Shown here in pieces: positions 46,988 to 57,145 of a DNA stretch of 64,000 nucleotides; position 1 is the stretch's first letter; every line of letters starts with the position of its first letter. Origin of the DNA: an uncultured virus (IMG/VR IMGVR_UViG_3300042141_000279) (lineage: Duplodnaviria > Heunggongvirae > Uroviricota > Caudoviricetes); IMG/VR virus record IMGVR_UViG_3300042141_000279; one strand, 5' to 3'. A program made the position numbers and the translations under genes. The notes beneath the pieces are model-generated. The model saw only the letters and a list, made by a program, of their open reading frames with translations, ran no database searches and was not told the DNA's origin.

Positions 46988-47994
46988 GGAGCCAGTATCT
47001 CGACACTGAACGAACAGGCTGCACTTGTGGCGTTGTCGCTGTCGATTGCCGTCGTCATCACGGCATCTTGTGCCTCAACGACGGCTACGGAATTGCACTC
47101 GGGCACTGTCGCGGATTGCCCGTCGCCAAACGGGTCTCCGGGCGGACGTGTGCGAAATTGAATTGAGGCAGACAGCGATCCTGAAATGTCTCCTCGCAGG
47201 TCGCAATTCGGTTCGCTCAGAACGGTCGTGCTGTTGGCAAAGAAACTCAAAAGCACAGGCGCAGATTCGTTTGCAGCAAGGCCGTTGTCGTACAAGTCGC
47301 CCAACGGGTTCCCGTTCGCTCCTGTGTTGGTCAACTGTCCCGGTATGCCGTAGTACGTCTGGCAGTGGGCGTAGGCGAGATTAAAGTTGACGGCGGTCTG
47401 GACAGTCACGGAGACTTTGTACTGCGAGCCCGGCATCAACAGGCTCGGAGAGCCATTTGCTGTTGACGTGTAAAGCGTCTGGCCCGGGTCAGATGCGTAC
47501 ACCGCGATAAGCATCCCGGGCACAAACACCGGAGGGGTAAAGGTGCCTGTTTCTGTGTCTCCGTCCCAATCCCCACAGGTGTATTCGTCGCACGAAGGCT
47601 GGTACAAGTATCCGCAGTTAGTGCTGCTAGTCTGCTGCTTGTCATTTCCCAGAAACGTGCTTGAAAACTGCAAGACGTAGTCGCCCTCCATTTCGTCGCA
47701 ACTCGGCGTCACCTCGAGACAAGGGCGATTGGGTATACAGTCGTTTGGCCCGGCAGCGCGGTCCTGCGCTGTCGACACGGCGTTGGATAGCCGCACTGTG
47801 ATCTCGCTTGGTTGAGTTCCGGCACAGCACCAGTTGGCAGTGTTCCTGTATGCGGTGCCGCTTGCAAAATCTGCGAACCCGCAAACGCAATTACAGCAAT
47901 CCGAGCAAGCCCCAAACAAAAAACCGACCGGGTACATCGCGGCCGCCATGAGCCACGACGACCACAGCACAAGCGAGAGTGGGTCGTCGATCAT
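46984..47994 (-). CDS. Cys-rich putative tail-tip/receptor-binding protein
   Basis: CSDCCNC N-terminal motif; lower GC; tail module position. Confidence 0.55.
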   Translation of the reverse strand: MIDDPLSLVLWSSWLMAAAMYPVGFLFGACSDCCNCVCGFADFASGTAYRNTANWCCAGTQPSEITVRLSNAVSTAQDRAAGPNDCIPNRPCLEVTPSCDEMEGDYVLQFSSTFLGNDKQQTSSTNCGYLYQPSCDEYTCGDWDGDTETGTFTPPVFVPGMLIAVYASDPGQTLYTSTANGSPSLLMPGSQYKVSVTVQTAVNFNLAYAHCQTYYGIPGQLTNTGANGNPLGDLYDNGLAANESAPVLLSFFANSTTVLSEPNCDLRGDISGSLSASIQFRTRPPGDPFGDGQSATVPECNSVAVVEAQDAVMTTAIDSDNATSAACSFSVEILAP

Positions 47995-48341
47995 GTTGCC
48001 GTCCCGCACACTGCCGCGATGAGAAACCACGCTGTGCCGTCCTTCGCAATAGCGCAATCGCCACTGCTCGTAGGTGCAGGAACAGCGGCGAAGAGGTTGA
48101 GCGCATTCACCGTATTCGTCGCCCCCGGCACATACTTGAAGTTGACCGTCTTCGTCTCATTGATCGCCCACGACCCGGTGAATGTGCAAATCCGAAACAC
48201 CTTCGCCGACCGCGCTTCCTCGCCCTCGAGGATGACCTGAGTTCGCCGGAACCCTGAGCCGATAGGCTCCCCGTCGACGCGGTCGATGGTGCGTCGTATC
48301 TGCGAGAGCAGGTTCGGGCCAAGGAGGAAGCCTTCGGCCAT
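47991..48341 (-). CDS. Putative minor tail protein
   Basis: Position; coupled ORF. Confidence 0.6.
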   Translation of the reverse strand: MAEGFLLGPNLLSQIRRTIDRVDGEPIGSGFRRTQVILEGEEARSAKVFRICTFTGSWAINETKTVNFKYVPGATNTVNALNLFAAVPAPTSSGDCAIAKDGTAWFLIAAVCGTAT

Positions 48342-48342
48342 G

Positions 48343-49467
48343 TTATTGGAGTCTCAGGTCGAATGGAGACGAATTGAAGTCGATGTCTGGCTGAATCTGG
48401 TACGTGTAGACGAGCACGGGTGGATCGGCTCCGCTCCATCGCGGCGTCCCGTTCGGATTCAGCGCAATCGGCAGGGCGCATGGCCGCTGCGTCGGCTTCG
48501 CGTCCTCGCCGATCAGGATCATGCCGCGGACCTTTGTGCCGGCCGTGTTTTCGGCGATCGCGATGTTGTTAGGCCAGCCTTCGATCTCCGTGGCGATGCC
48601 GCTTGTGCTCTCCTTTTTCTTGAGCGCGAGCGATCCGGCCTCAACATTGGCCGCCTCTGCGGCGGCTTTTGAGGCGTAGCCGATGTTCAGGATGTTGACG
48701 CCTTCGACGATCTGGGCGTGGTCCCAGCCGAGATTGATGCTGGACCCGCTGATTTCAAGTTCGTTCTGCTTGTACACGAACTCATACGACGCCTTCCAGC
48801 CTCGGTACAGGACAGTCCCGTACTGCTCAAGAGCCGGTTGCGTCGACACGCCGCGGAACATCAGCGTGTGCTGGGAGCATGTGAGTGATCCGATGGTGAT
48901 CGGAGCGCTGTTTACGTAACCCGCGTAGACGCAGAATCGCGTTGGGTCGTTCAGTACGAACTGATCGACGGTCACGGTGCTCACCGGAACCAGCCTCGTC
49001 ACGCCTTCGTACCTGTCGCCAGCCGGGTTCACTGGGGCCGTCCAGTCCGTACCGCCTCCGATAATCAACGCGCTTGCTGCGTCGCCGAACGGCTTCCACT
49101 GAAACGCCGGCGCCTCAGTGAGCGTCGTGGAAATCGACCATTTCGCCGGCCTGATGTCCGGCGAGAACTGCCCGGGGTCTTGGCCTGCGTCACCACCTCC
49201 CGGCGTCGTCCGGTAGTTGAACGTCGCGACGATCACCATCCGGCTGTCGCCGTCGTACTGGGCGGAGTAGGACGCGCAGTAGAGGCCGGACTCGGTCGGA
49301 TGCTCTTGGCCGATCTGGACGCCGCAGGTCGCGGCTACGTTGATGTACTCGCCGACGTCGGACTTGATGATCCTGAAGACCCGCGTCGTCGAGGAGGCGA
49401 TCTGCCCCTCTTCCGACGAGAAGTCGTACTGGACGCCGGCGTAGACCTCTTTCACCATCTTCGGCAT
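48343..49467 (-). CDS. Putative tail hub/distal tail protein
   Basis: Long beta-rich ORF two genes after the tape measure. Confidence 0.6.
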   Translation of the reverse strand: MPKMVKEVYAGVQYDFSSEEGQIASSTTRVFRIIKSDVGEYINVAATCGVQIGQEHPTESGLYCASYSAQYDGDSRMVIVATFNYRTTPGGGDAGQDPGQFSPDIRPAKWSISTTLTEAPAFQWKPFGDAASALIIGGGTDWTAPVNPAGDRYEGVTRLVPVSTVTVDQFVLNDPTRFCVYAGYVNSAPITIGSLTCSQHTLMFRGVSTQPALEQYGTVLYRGWKASYEFVYKQNELEISGSSINLGWDHAQIVEGVNILNIGYASKAAAEAANVEAGSLALKKKESTSGIATEIEGWPNNIAIAENTAGTKVRGMILIGEDAKPTQRPCALPIALNPNGTPRWSGADPPVLVYTYQIQPDIDFNSSPFDLRLQ

Positions 49468-49470
49468 GGA

Positions 49471-49839
49471 TCAGCCCTCTGTGATGTCCACGCGGAGGCG
49501 GGCGCCGGAGACGCCGATCGCGACGTACTCGGTGCCGCTCGTCATCCTCGTGATCGCCGGCTCGCCGCCCCGGAGCGTCGCGAACCCGACGAACGAGCCG
49601 CCGGCCTCGATGCCGATCTGCACGGTCGATGCCGACGAGGTCGCGAGGTTCCGCAGGAACGCCACGCCGACCGTCGACAGGTTCGCCGTCGATATGACGG
49701 TCGAATTCGTCGTGAGGTCGTAGACGACGCTCTTGTAGCCGGCGGCGGCCATAGAGGCCGTGACCTGACTGATTTGAATCTGGTTCGACAGATTGCCCTT
49801 GTCGACCTTGAGCGTCATGGAGTAGGTGATGTCTGCCAT
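49471..49839 (-). CDS. Putative structural protein
   Basis: Beta-rich; follows tape measure. Confidence 0.6.
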   Translation of the reverse strand: MADITYSMTLKVDKGNLSNQIQISQVTASMAAAGYKSVVYDLTTNSTVISTANLSTVGVAFLRNLATSSASTVQIGIEAGGSFVGFATLRGGEPAITRMTSGTEYVAIGVSGARLRVDITEG

Positions 49840-49850
49840 CGGTGGGTTCC

Positions 49851-52800
49851 TTACTGGGCTACCTGCGGGCCTTCGCGTCCTATCTGCACCAATTCGTTGA
49901 GCGCCTGCGTCTGCTTCTGGAGTTCAATCAGGTTCACGTCCCTCGCCGGGTCTTCGCCGCGGAGGAGCCTGTTGAGTTCCTGCTGGCCTTGGAGCGTGGA
50001 TGCGTCGGAGGCTTGCAGGGCTGCCCGCGACGGGCCTTGCAGGAGGGCGTTGGCGACTTCGTCGGAGAAGCCGACGAGGAGCGGAGCAACCTGTTCGGCC
50101 TGCTGGCGGAAGGCTCGTTGCTGCGCTTCGGCGACTGCTAATTCGTCGATCGGCCTGTTTTGCTCCCCCGCATTCCGTTGCGCAGCCAGCCGGATATTCT
50201 CAAAATCTCTCGCCAACTGCTCGCCGGCGCGCTCGGCCGGGGTTTCAAGCAACTCTTGCCCTGCGGCCTCAAGAAGTGGTCGCTGTCGTTCGCGGATATC
50301 TTGGGCAACGGCTTTTTGTGTGTTCTCTTCGAGAAACCCCCTAAAAGTCCCTATCTGTTGGTCTTGTATTTCTTGAAGTCGCTGTCGCGCGGCCTGCACT
50401 CCTTGCAAATTGAGCGTTCCAGATGAAATCTGATCGAGCAGCCGCTGCCGCTCCGCAAGTATTTTTGGGCCGTTGCCCAAGATATCCGCGAACGACTCCG
50501 CCTGCGTTCTAATTCTTTCTAGCCTAACCTGCGCGGCGTTGGCCGACTCGCGCTGCCGGGCGAGGTCTTGCCTCGCTCGCACGACGTCGCGCTGCGACTG
50601 CGGCGTGCTGAATGCGGTGTTTCTTTCAATGGCGGCATTAAGCGCCTGCTGCGCCTGTTGTGTGCGAGACACGACTCCGTCTTGGGCATCGTTGATCGCC
50701 TCTGAGAACAATCGTATGGCGTCCGTGGAGGACTCTAGTCGACTTGCCTGAACAGAAATCGCGTCGAGCGAGTTTTGAGCCGATTGCTGTGCCTGTGGGT
50801 TTTGTGCCGCTCGCGCGTCCTCGAATTCGCGAACAGCCTCGCTTCGGCGGAACTCTAAGTCCCGCAAAACCCTCGCGGCCCGCCCTTCCGGCACTCTCGC
50901 TTCATCTAGGCTTTGGCGGATACGAGCGAAGCGGGCGTCAAGCGTAGACTGAGGATCAAGTGCCAATCGCTGGCGGAACTCGAATGCCTCGTTCTCTAGG
51001 CCGAAGCCACTTTTTCGCAGTTCCGAAACACGCTCGGTCGCTGCCCGACGACGGCGTTCTGCGGCATCAATTGCGCCCGCTCTCGTGGGGTCGTTTGCCG
51101 GCAGTCGCTGCGCGTTTACCAGAGCGTTGGTGGCATCGTTGACCTCGCGCTCCGCGGCCGTGAGCGCTTCCGCGAGTTTTGTCAATTTCTGGTTGAACGA
51201 GACGGCATTCGGCAGTCCCTGACGTATGGCTTCTCGCAAATCGTCCTGCGCCTGACCAATGCCGAGCGCCGCTGCACGCAGGGAGATGACGACGTTGACG
51301 GCTTCCTCGCCGATTCTTGCTATATCCTCTCGCTGGATAGCCGCAAGGAGCGAGGCGATCTCCTGCAATTGGCGATCGATTTCTGGTCTTTCGGAACTTG
51401 GAACTGGAGAAACAGTGTCGCGGCGACGAGCAGTCAATTCATCGCGGCGACTCTCCAGCGCAATCTCGGCATCCCTCGCGGAGCGGATGGCGGCACCGTC
51501 GCCGGCGAGGAACTCCTGCACTCTCCTTTCTGCCTCCCGCCTGCCTGCGTCTGGCGCTTGGGTTCCTCTAAAAGTAGCCAGCGTCAGTCGCTCAATTTGC
51601 GTCGCGATTTCACTGACGACGTCTGCGACTGCTGCTGGTGGACGCACGGCAGCGGCATCCGCCGCCGCCCGTTCCCTTGCCTGCGACTGCTCGATCTCGC
51701 GGCGAAGCGAGACAACCTGCCCTACTGTGGTGGCGTTTTGCAGTTCACGCTCGCGGGCAGCCTGCAAGGCGCGCTCGCGCTGAACCGTAGGATCAAGCGC
51801 CGCCGCCTGCTCTCGTTGGGCCTCTCGCTGCTGCTGCCGTAGTTGCTCGATCTCCCGGCGGAATTCCTCTGCGTCGCGGGCGCCTCCAGAGAAGGCACCG
51901 AGCGTGATCGACTGTCCTAGATTCCTGAAGGACTCGGCCAACTGATCGACAAGCGTTCTCTGCTGCGACAGGGCGTCGTTGAGGGCTTTTGTTCGGTCGG
52001 TCGCTTCGACCCCTGAGTTTGCCCATTTGATTAAAAACGCAATCGCCTGCGCGCCGACAGAAGCGCTGACGCCAGCGATCAGGCCGTAGGTGCCGCCAAG
52101 GACGAAGCCCAACTGCGAAATATTGTTTCCGACAGCCCTGATTCGCTGGTTTATGTCCCCAGTCACGGAGAAGAAGTCATCTACCGCGAATGCGGCCTGC
52201 TGGATAGCGAGTCCGGCGTTTCCGAACGATCCGCGCGCGACGTCACCGGACCGGTTGAGGTTCTCGTTGAGACGACGCACGCTGATGCCTGAAACAGCGG
52301 CGGTCGCGTTGACGGCACTCTGCTCGACCCTGTTGATTTCAGCCGCGAGCCTGCGGAAGCCGCCCTGCGTGTTCGCTGCCTGCTGGAGCGTGGCCGCGTA
52401 CCTGTCGGCGGCGGCCTCGGCCTGCGTCGTGTCGCCTGTGGCTCTTGCTAGTTGCTGCCGCAGGGCAGCGAGCCGGCCGGCAGCACGTTGGATGTCGCTC
52501 GCGTCGGCAAAGTCGCGAAACGAACCGCCGAACGCATTGAAAGCCCGCTCTGCCCGGCCGACCTCCTGCCGCAACTGCACGACACGTTGCGTGGCACGCT
52601 CCAGTTCCTCCGGGGAGGCGTCGGTCGCGGCGAGGCGGAGGAGTTCGTTCTCGGCATCGCGGATTGCCGGGATGAACCTTGCCCTCACGCCGACTGGCAA
52701 CTGGTCGATCTGGTTCTTGACCTGAACCGTCGCGGTCTCGAGCCGTGCGAACTCGGCGGCCGACGAGGCGATGTCGGGACCGAGGCGGTCGGAGATGCCT

Positions 52801-54188
52801 TGGAGTTGGGCGGTGCGCTCTGCTGTCGGGTCCGGCTGAGTGATGACTGGTGGGAGAAACGTAGAGGCCGCCTCAACGCGGCGGCGGCGGTCGGCGATTG
52901 CCTCCTCTGCGGCTGCTCGTTGCTCCCGCTCCGCCGCGATATCTCTGATTCGCTGTTGGATCGTGCGGCCCGTCGGGTCTCTGTCGGACCTAAGAGGAGT
53001 GGACGCACCGATGTTTGCTGCGATCTCGCGTTCTCTGTTCTGCGAGTCGATGCCTGCCTGAATCTCCTCGCGGGCGCGAATAGCGTTCCGCCGCACTAGG
53101 TTAAGGCTGCTTAAGGCGTCGGTCACGTCCAAGCCGAGTTCAGTCTGCTGCTGCACCCGCAACTGATATTGTGTGACTAGTTCTTCCGCATAGTTGAGTT
53201 GTGAGAGCAGGCCAGCGAATCGTGACGGGTCGGGCGCCTCCGACGCCGCCCGTCGCAGTGCTGCGGACGAACGCAACTCTCTCGCAACGTCTGGGTTCGT
53301 GAAGATCAGTTCGTTGCCACGAGGGCCGGCTGCCGTGAGCGCCTGCAACTCGGAAGCCAGCCGCGTTTGACGCTCGAGTTGTGCGTTGACTTCTCCGAGC
53401 CGCTGCACCTGACCATCCAGAGCACGCTGCGCCCGTGCGATCGCGTCGTAGTCCTCCTGACGTGTGTTTCGGATGTTTTCAAGGACTGCGAGCAGCCTCG
53501 CGGCCTCTTCCGCCTCGCGCTGCTGGAGCGCGACGATTCTGGCGATCTCGTTGCCGTAACTTCCTCGTGCGCTCGCCGGCAGAGCGCCGGCCTGACCCTG
53601 AATCGCCGCAGCGCGCTGAAGTTCGGCTTGCAGGCCAGCCTGCTGAAACCGCAACTCTTGACCGCTCGCAAGGCCGGAAACGGCGGAGCCTGCCTCGGAG
53701 AGGCGGCGGATCGAAATCACCGTCTCGTCAACCACCCGCTTGTATCGCTCGTAGTCTTGGGCGTTCTTGATCGCGCCGCGCGAGATTTCAGCCTGAGCGG
53801 TCGCAGCGGCCTCCTGCGCCTGTACCAACGACCCGATGAACTCGTTCTGGATCGTTGCCGACAGGCCAGCGAACGCTTTGGCGCTTGATCCGAGCGGCCT
53901 TGCGATGTCCTCGGCGGCACCGACAATCGCACGCAGTTTTTCTTCAGCCCCGCCGGTGTCGATGTTCAGGCGGTCTCGCGACCTCGCCTGAATCGCACGC
54001 TCCAGTCGCTGGATCGGCGTGAAAATCTGGTCGAAGGACCGGGCGGCTGCCGAGTTGGCCGAAGAGAGCGTCGAACTGATCCGTTTGGCGAATCGATCGA
54101 CGTCCTTGGCGCTGTTGTCCAGCCCGCGGCTGAACTGCGCCATGTTGATCGTGCCAACGGCGGCGATCTTGCCGATGTAGTTCGCCAT
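49851..54188 (-). CDS. Tail tape measure protein
   Basis: 1445 aa, Ala/Gln/Arg-rich helical; directly after the tail chaperones. Confidence 0.88.
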   Translation of the reverse strand: MANYIGKIAAVGTINMAQFSRGLDNSAKDVDRFAKRISSTLSSANSAAARSFDQIFTPIQRLERAIQARSRDRLNIDTGGAEEKLRAIVGAAEDIARPLGSSAKAFAGLSATIQNEFIGSLVQAQEAAATAQAEISRGAIKNAQDYERYKRVVDETVISIRRLSEAGSAVSGLASGQELRFQQAGLQAELQRAAAIQGQAGALPASARGSYGNEIARIVALQQREAEEAARLLAVLENIRNTRQEDYDAIARAQRALDGQVQRLGEVNAQLERQTRLASELQALTAAGPRGNELIFTNPDVARELRSSAALRRAASEAPDPSRFAGLLSQLNYAEELVTQYQLRVQQQTELGLDVTDALSSLNLVRRNAIRAREEIQAGIDSQNREREIAANIGASTPLRSDRDPTGRTIQQRIRDIAAEREQRAAAEEAIADRRRRVEAASTFLPPVITQPDPTAERTAQLQGISDRLGPDIASSAAEFARLETATVQVKNQIDQLPVGVRARFIPAIRDAENELLRLAATDASPEELERATQRVVQLRQEVGRAERAFNAFGGSFRDFADASDIQRAAGRLAALRQQLARATGDTTQAEAAADRYAATLQQAANTQGGFRRLAAEINRVEQSAVNATAAVSGISVRRLNENLNRSGDVARGSFGNAGLAIQQAAFAVDDFFSVTGDINQRIRAVGNNISQLGFVLGGTYGLIAGVSASVGAQAIAFLIKWANSGVEATDRTKALNDALSQQRTLVDQLAESFRNLGQSITLGAFSGGARDAEEFRREIEQLRQQQREAQREQAAALDPTVQRERALQAARERELQNATTVGQVVSLRREIEQSQARERAAADAAAVRPPAAVADVVSEIATQIERLTLATFRGTQAPDAGRREAERRVQEFLAGDGAAIRSARDAEIALESRRDELTARRRDTVSPVPSSERPEIDRQLQEIASLLAAIQREDIARIGEEAVNVVISLRAAALGIGQAQDDLREAIRQGLPNAVSFNQKLTKLAEALTAAEREVNDATNALVNAQRLPANDPTRAGAIDAAERRRRAATERVSELRKSGFGLENEAFEFRQRLALDPQSTLDARFARIRQSLDEARVPEGRAARVLRDLEFRRSEAVREFEDARAAQNPQAQQSAQNSLDAISVQASRLESSTDAIRLFSEAINDAQDGVVSRTQQAQQALNAAIERNTAFSTPQSQRDVVRARQDLARQRESANAAQVRLERIRTQAESFADILGNGPKILAERQRLLDQISSGTLNLQGVQAARQRLQEIQDQQIGTFRGFLEENTQKAVAQDIRERQRPLLEAAGQELLETPAERAGEQLARDFENIRLAAQRNAGEQNRPIDELAVAEAQQRAFRQQAEQVAPLLVGFSDEVANALLQGPSRAALQASDASTLQGQQELNRLLRGEDPARDVNLIELQKQTQALNELVQIGREGPQVAQ

Positions 54189-54189
54189 C

Positions 54190-54510
54190 TCACGATCCCT
54201 GCGGCGGGCCGAACAACTTGGACAACTCCGCGATCATCTGCTCGTTGGACTGCGGCTTCTTCCTTGATGCCGGGATGAACACGTCCTCGTCGGGGATGCG
54301 CTTGTAGTTCCCGCTCGCGGCCATGATCGTCCGGCAGATGCGTGCCGTCTGAAGCCACGGGTTCGGTAGCGGGTATATCTGGTCAAACGCTGCCCACTCG
54401 GAGAGTTCCTCGCTGTCGACGGTGTTCAGGAGTTCCTTGACACTGCGGCCGAGCGCCAGAGCCAGCCTCAAGTAGAAGAGGCGTTCTGGGCGCTCGGCGA
54501 ATCGTTTCCC
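54190..54510 (-). CDS. Tail assembly chaperone GT extension (-1 frameshift product)
   Basis: GKRFAERPERLFYLRLALALGRSV.EL...SEELSEW in the -1 frame. Confidence 0.8.
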   Translation of the reverse strand, partial: GKRFAERPERLFYLRLALALGRSVKELLNTVDSEELSEWAAFDQIYPLPNPWLQTARICRTIMAASGNYKRIPDEDVFIPASRKKPQSNEQMIAELSKLFGPPQGS

Positions 54511-54833
54511 AGCGCCTCCACGGCGGCCGGCGTGAAGGCGTTGAACTCCCACGCGACGTCGAACAGGCGATTGATCACCGCGCTCGACTTCTTGTTGAGA
54601 GCCTCCACCTCGTCGTTCGTGAAGAGGCGGTCGCCGTCGGCGTTGCAGATGGTCAGCACGAGGAACCTCGTGCGGAACGACTCCATCTTCTTGTCGGCAA
54701 ACGCCTGCTCGAACACGTCGCGATCGGCACCGCTGATGACGCGGACGCAGACGCTCCCGCCCCACTCGGCGACCTCGACCTCCTTGGTCTTGATGTCCTT
54801 CGCTTCGAGGATCGCCTTCTTCGACAGGATCAC
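54468..54833 (-). CDS. Tail assembly chaperone (G-like)
   Basis: VEVAEWGGSVCVR...; position before tape measure. Confidence 0.85.
   Translation of the reverse strand: MILSKKAILEAKDIKTKEVEVAEWGGSVCVRVISGADRDVFEQAFADKKMESFRTRFLVLTICNADGDRLFTNDEVEALNKKSSAVINRLFDVAWEFNAFTPAAVEALGNDSPSAQNASST
54504..54510 (-). other. Programmed -1 frameshift slippery site G GGA AAC
   Basis: X XXY YYZ heptamer near the end of the chaperone gene; joins to downstream ORF. Confidence 0.85.
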
Positions 54834-54843
54834 GGATAACCTC

Positions 54844-55209
54844 CTACACCGTGGAATCGGTCATACGAAACTTCAACTGGCCGCGAACCACGTCGGCCGT
54901 TTGTGCTGTGACACTCGCGCTCTCGAGGATCGCCCGCCGGCTGACCGAGTAGGCCGAACTGGTGAACGCGAGGATGCCGTTGGTTCCGATCAGCGTCTGC
55001 GGGTCGGTGCCGCCGGCGTAGAGGAAGTCCACCGTCACCGAGCCGCCCGTGATCGCTCCGGTCGCGACCTGCACCGTGTACCCCGTCGCGTCGCCGACGC
55101 CCGTCATGTCCACGATCTCGGCGACAGGCGTCTCCACCTGCACGCTGGTCACCGTCGCGGCGATGCCGTTGAAGGTGAAGGTCGCGTTGTAGGGCACGCC
55201 GATCGGCAC
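54844..55209 (-). CDS. Tail tube-like protein, paralogue 3
   Basis: TFTFNG...TSVQV...GSVTVDF...DVVRG..KFR. Confidence 0.6.
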   Translation of the reverse strand: MPIGVPYNATFTFNGIAATVTSVQVETPVAEIVDMTGVGDATGYTVQVATGAITGGSVTVDFLYAGGTDPQTLIGTNGILAFTSSAYSVSRRAILESASVTAQTADVVRGQLKFRMTDSTV

Positions 55210-55211
55210 GG

Positions 55212-55568
55212 TCAGACCTGCACGCGGAAGGAGGCGCTCCCTCGCACCAAGTCACCTGCGGACGCGGTGACCTGCACCGACACGCACGTCGCGACGGCGC
55301 CCGTAAAGGAGAACGCTCCGGCGATCGAGATCGCCCCGGTCGCCCCGATGGCCGGCGGCGTGCCGGAGATGAACTCCACCTCGACGTTTGGCCGCTCGTC
55401 TGATGTGCGGTGCGTGATGTACGTCGGCTCGAAGTCGTCGCGGCCAAGGCCCATGTGCGGAGCCGAGACCGTCGCACGCTCGGAGCCGCCGACGTATCGC
55501 ACGCTGGTCGATGCGAACGTGGCGCCGTTGAACGTGAAAGTCGTGCCTTGGGATGAGACTCCCGCCAT
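55212..55568 (-). CDS. Tail tube-like protein, paralogue 2
   Basis: MAGVSSQGTTFTFNG...GDLVRGSASFRV. Confidence 0.6.
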   Translation of the reverse strand: MAGVSSQGTTFTFNGATFASTSVRYVGGSERATVSAPHMGLGRDDFEPTYITHRTSDERPNVEVEFISGTPPAIGATGAISIAGAFSFTGAVATCVSVQVTASAGDLVRGSASFRVQV

Positions 55569-55571
55569 CGC

Positions 55572-55907
55572 TTACGCGACGCGGAACGTCGCACTCCCAG
55601 AGACGAGGGCGCCGACCGACCCGCCGAGCGACGCGGACGCACAGGTCGCGTTGCCGCTGAAGTTGATCGGCCCCGTGATCGACAGGGCGCCGGACGCACC
55701 GGCGGTGAGGATGTTCGTGGAGATGTAGTCGACGGTGACCTCGCGGTCGGTCGCAAAGCCGCCGACGAACTCTCGCCGCTGGTTCGGGCCGATGCCGAGG
55801 TGGCTGCCGTCGATGAGGTCTTGCGTGTCATTGACCTGCACGCTCGTGATCGTCAGCGTCGTGCCGCCGAACGAAAACGTCAGTCCCTGTGCGGAAATAC
55901 CAGCCAT
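55572..55907 (-). CDS. Tail tube-like protein, paralogue 1
   Basis: MAGISAQGLTFSFGG...GALVSGSATFRV; AAGGAGG SD. Confidence 0.65.
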   Translation of the reverse strand: MAGISAQGLTFSFGGTTLTITSVQVNDTQDLIDGSHLGIGPNQRREFVGGFATDREVTVDYISTNILTAGASGALSITGPINFSGNATCASASLGGSVGALVSGSATFRVA

Positions 55908-55946
55908 TGCCGCGCCTCCTTGCGCCTAGTTGTGTTTTTCTGTCGG

Positions 55947-56369
55947 CTAAGACTGCGACTCCTGCCACCTCGCCTGCCACAGTTGCCGGACCTCGTAGGC
56001 CGGAGGCATCTGCGAACCGACGGTGGTGGGGTCTAGGAAGTCGTCCGTCTCCGACACCAACCTCATATCTTCAATTGTAACCCCGGCAAGCGTGCCAGTT
56101 CGGCCGTCCAGCGCAAGCCGGACGTCGTCTGCGAGTTCCCTCGCGGCGTCGTGGGTGAGCGCCCACGAGGCGACTTGGATGCTGACCATCGGCAGGTAGA
56201 GCGGCCCCGAGAGCGTCGACTCCCGGGCCACATTTGCTCGCTTGTAGACAAGGAACGGGAAGTCGGTCTTCGGCACCGCCACGGCGTAGATTCGGAACCC
56301 GACCCGCCGGGCCACCGCGGGGTTGCCGGCGAGGACTTGGTAGATGTGCTTTTCGGGCTGGAGGAGCAT
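55947..56369 (-). CDS. Tail terminator/completion protein (DUF3168-like)
   Basis: V...VG.RIY...P.LVY...QV..W...A..LAD.VR.ALDG. Confidence 0.75.
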   Translation of the reverse strand: MLLQPEKHIYQVLAGNPAVARRVGFRIYAVAVPKTDFPFLVYKRANVARESTLSGPLYLPMVSIQVASWALTHDAARELADDVRLALDGRTGTLAGVTIEDMRLVSETDDFLDPTTVGSQMPPAYEVRQLWQARWQESQS

Positions 56370-56371
56370 GG

Positions 56372-57145
56372 CTAGTTGCTCAGGTCGGCGACGAACTTGG
56401 TCAGGGACGCCCGCACCGCCGACAGGACGGCCTGCCGGCTGTCTCCGATGGCTCGCTCCATCGGGTGCTGGGCACGCATGGCGCCGTAGGTTTCGTTGGG
56501 CGACAGGAAGTACGGCCGCGTGCCGCCGCCGCTCGTGCGGACGAACGCCCCGCGGCCGGTCCTGCGGGCCGGGTGCCGCTCGTTGATGCTGCCCATCAGG
56601 AAGTAGTACCCGCGGCCCATCTGCTCGAATTGCTCGTTGTCGAAGACGAACCCGCCCTCGCGGTTTGTGATCCGCCGGAAACGCCGGTTGATCTTCTCGT
56701 GGACGTTCAGGTACGTGCGGCGGTTCTGGGTGGACGGCCGGCGGCGGTCGGTGCCGAATTCAAGCAAAAATGCGTGGTTCCCGGCCCCCTTCTCCTCGAC
56801 GTCCCACTCCTTCCCCGACACGGAGTGCTGCGGGCCGGCGACGGCGATGTAGATGCCTTCGTAGGTCCGCTTTCCCTTCCGCGAGACCGTGGCGCGGCTC
56901 AGGTTCCCCGTGACGCTGTTGACCTTCCCGCGGTACGAGTCGCGGACGGCCTCCATGCCTTTGATGATCGACTTCTGAAGGTAGCCGCCGGGGTCTTGCA
57001 GGCACTTGTCGGCCGCCCGCTCGAGCGCGGTGATCAGGTCGCCGATGCCGGAGATGTCGAAACTGGCGAACGACTCAGCCGCCTCGCGTGCCGTGCCGCC
57101 GCGAGGCAGAATCCGCGATGTCGTTGCGTCGAGGCGAACTGCCAT
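56372..57145 (-). CDS. HK97 gp10-like neck protein
   Basis: TGNL..., HAFLLEFGT, M.AQ.PM..A. Confidence 0.7.
   Translation of the reverse strand: MAVRLDATTSRILPRGGTAREAAESFASFDISGIGDLITALERAADKCLQDPGGYLQKSIIKGMEAVRDSYRGKVNSVTGNLSRATVSRKGKRTYEGIYIAVAGPQHSVSGKEWDVEEKGAGNHAFLLEFGTDRRRPSTQNRRTYLNVHEKINRRFRRITNREGGFVFDNEQFEQMGRGYYFLMGSINERHPARRTGRGAFVRTSGGGTRPYFLSPNETYGAMRAQHPMERAIGDSRQAVLSAVRASLTKFVADLSN

Noticed and set aside
32364..47994. Diversity-generating retroelement acting on fibre genes
   Set aside because: No reverse transcriptase, and no template/variable repeat pair differing only at adenines; repeats are in-frame protein repeats with synonymous changes.
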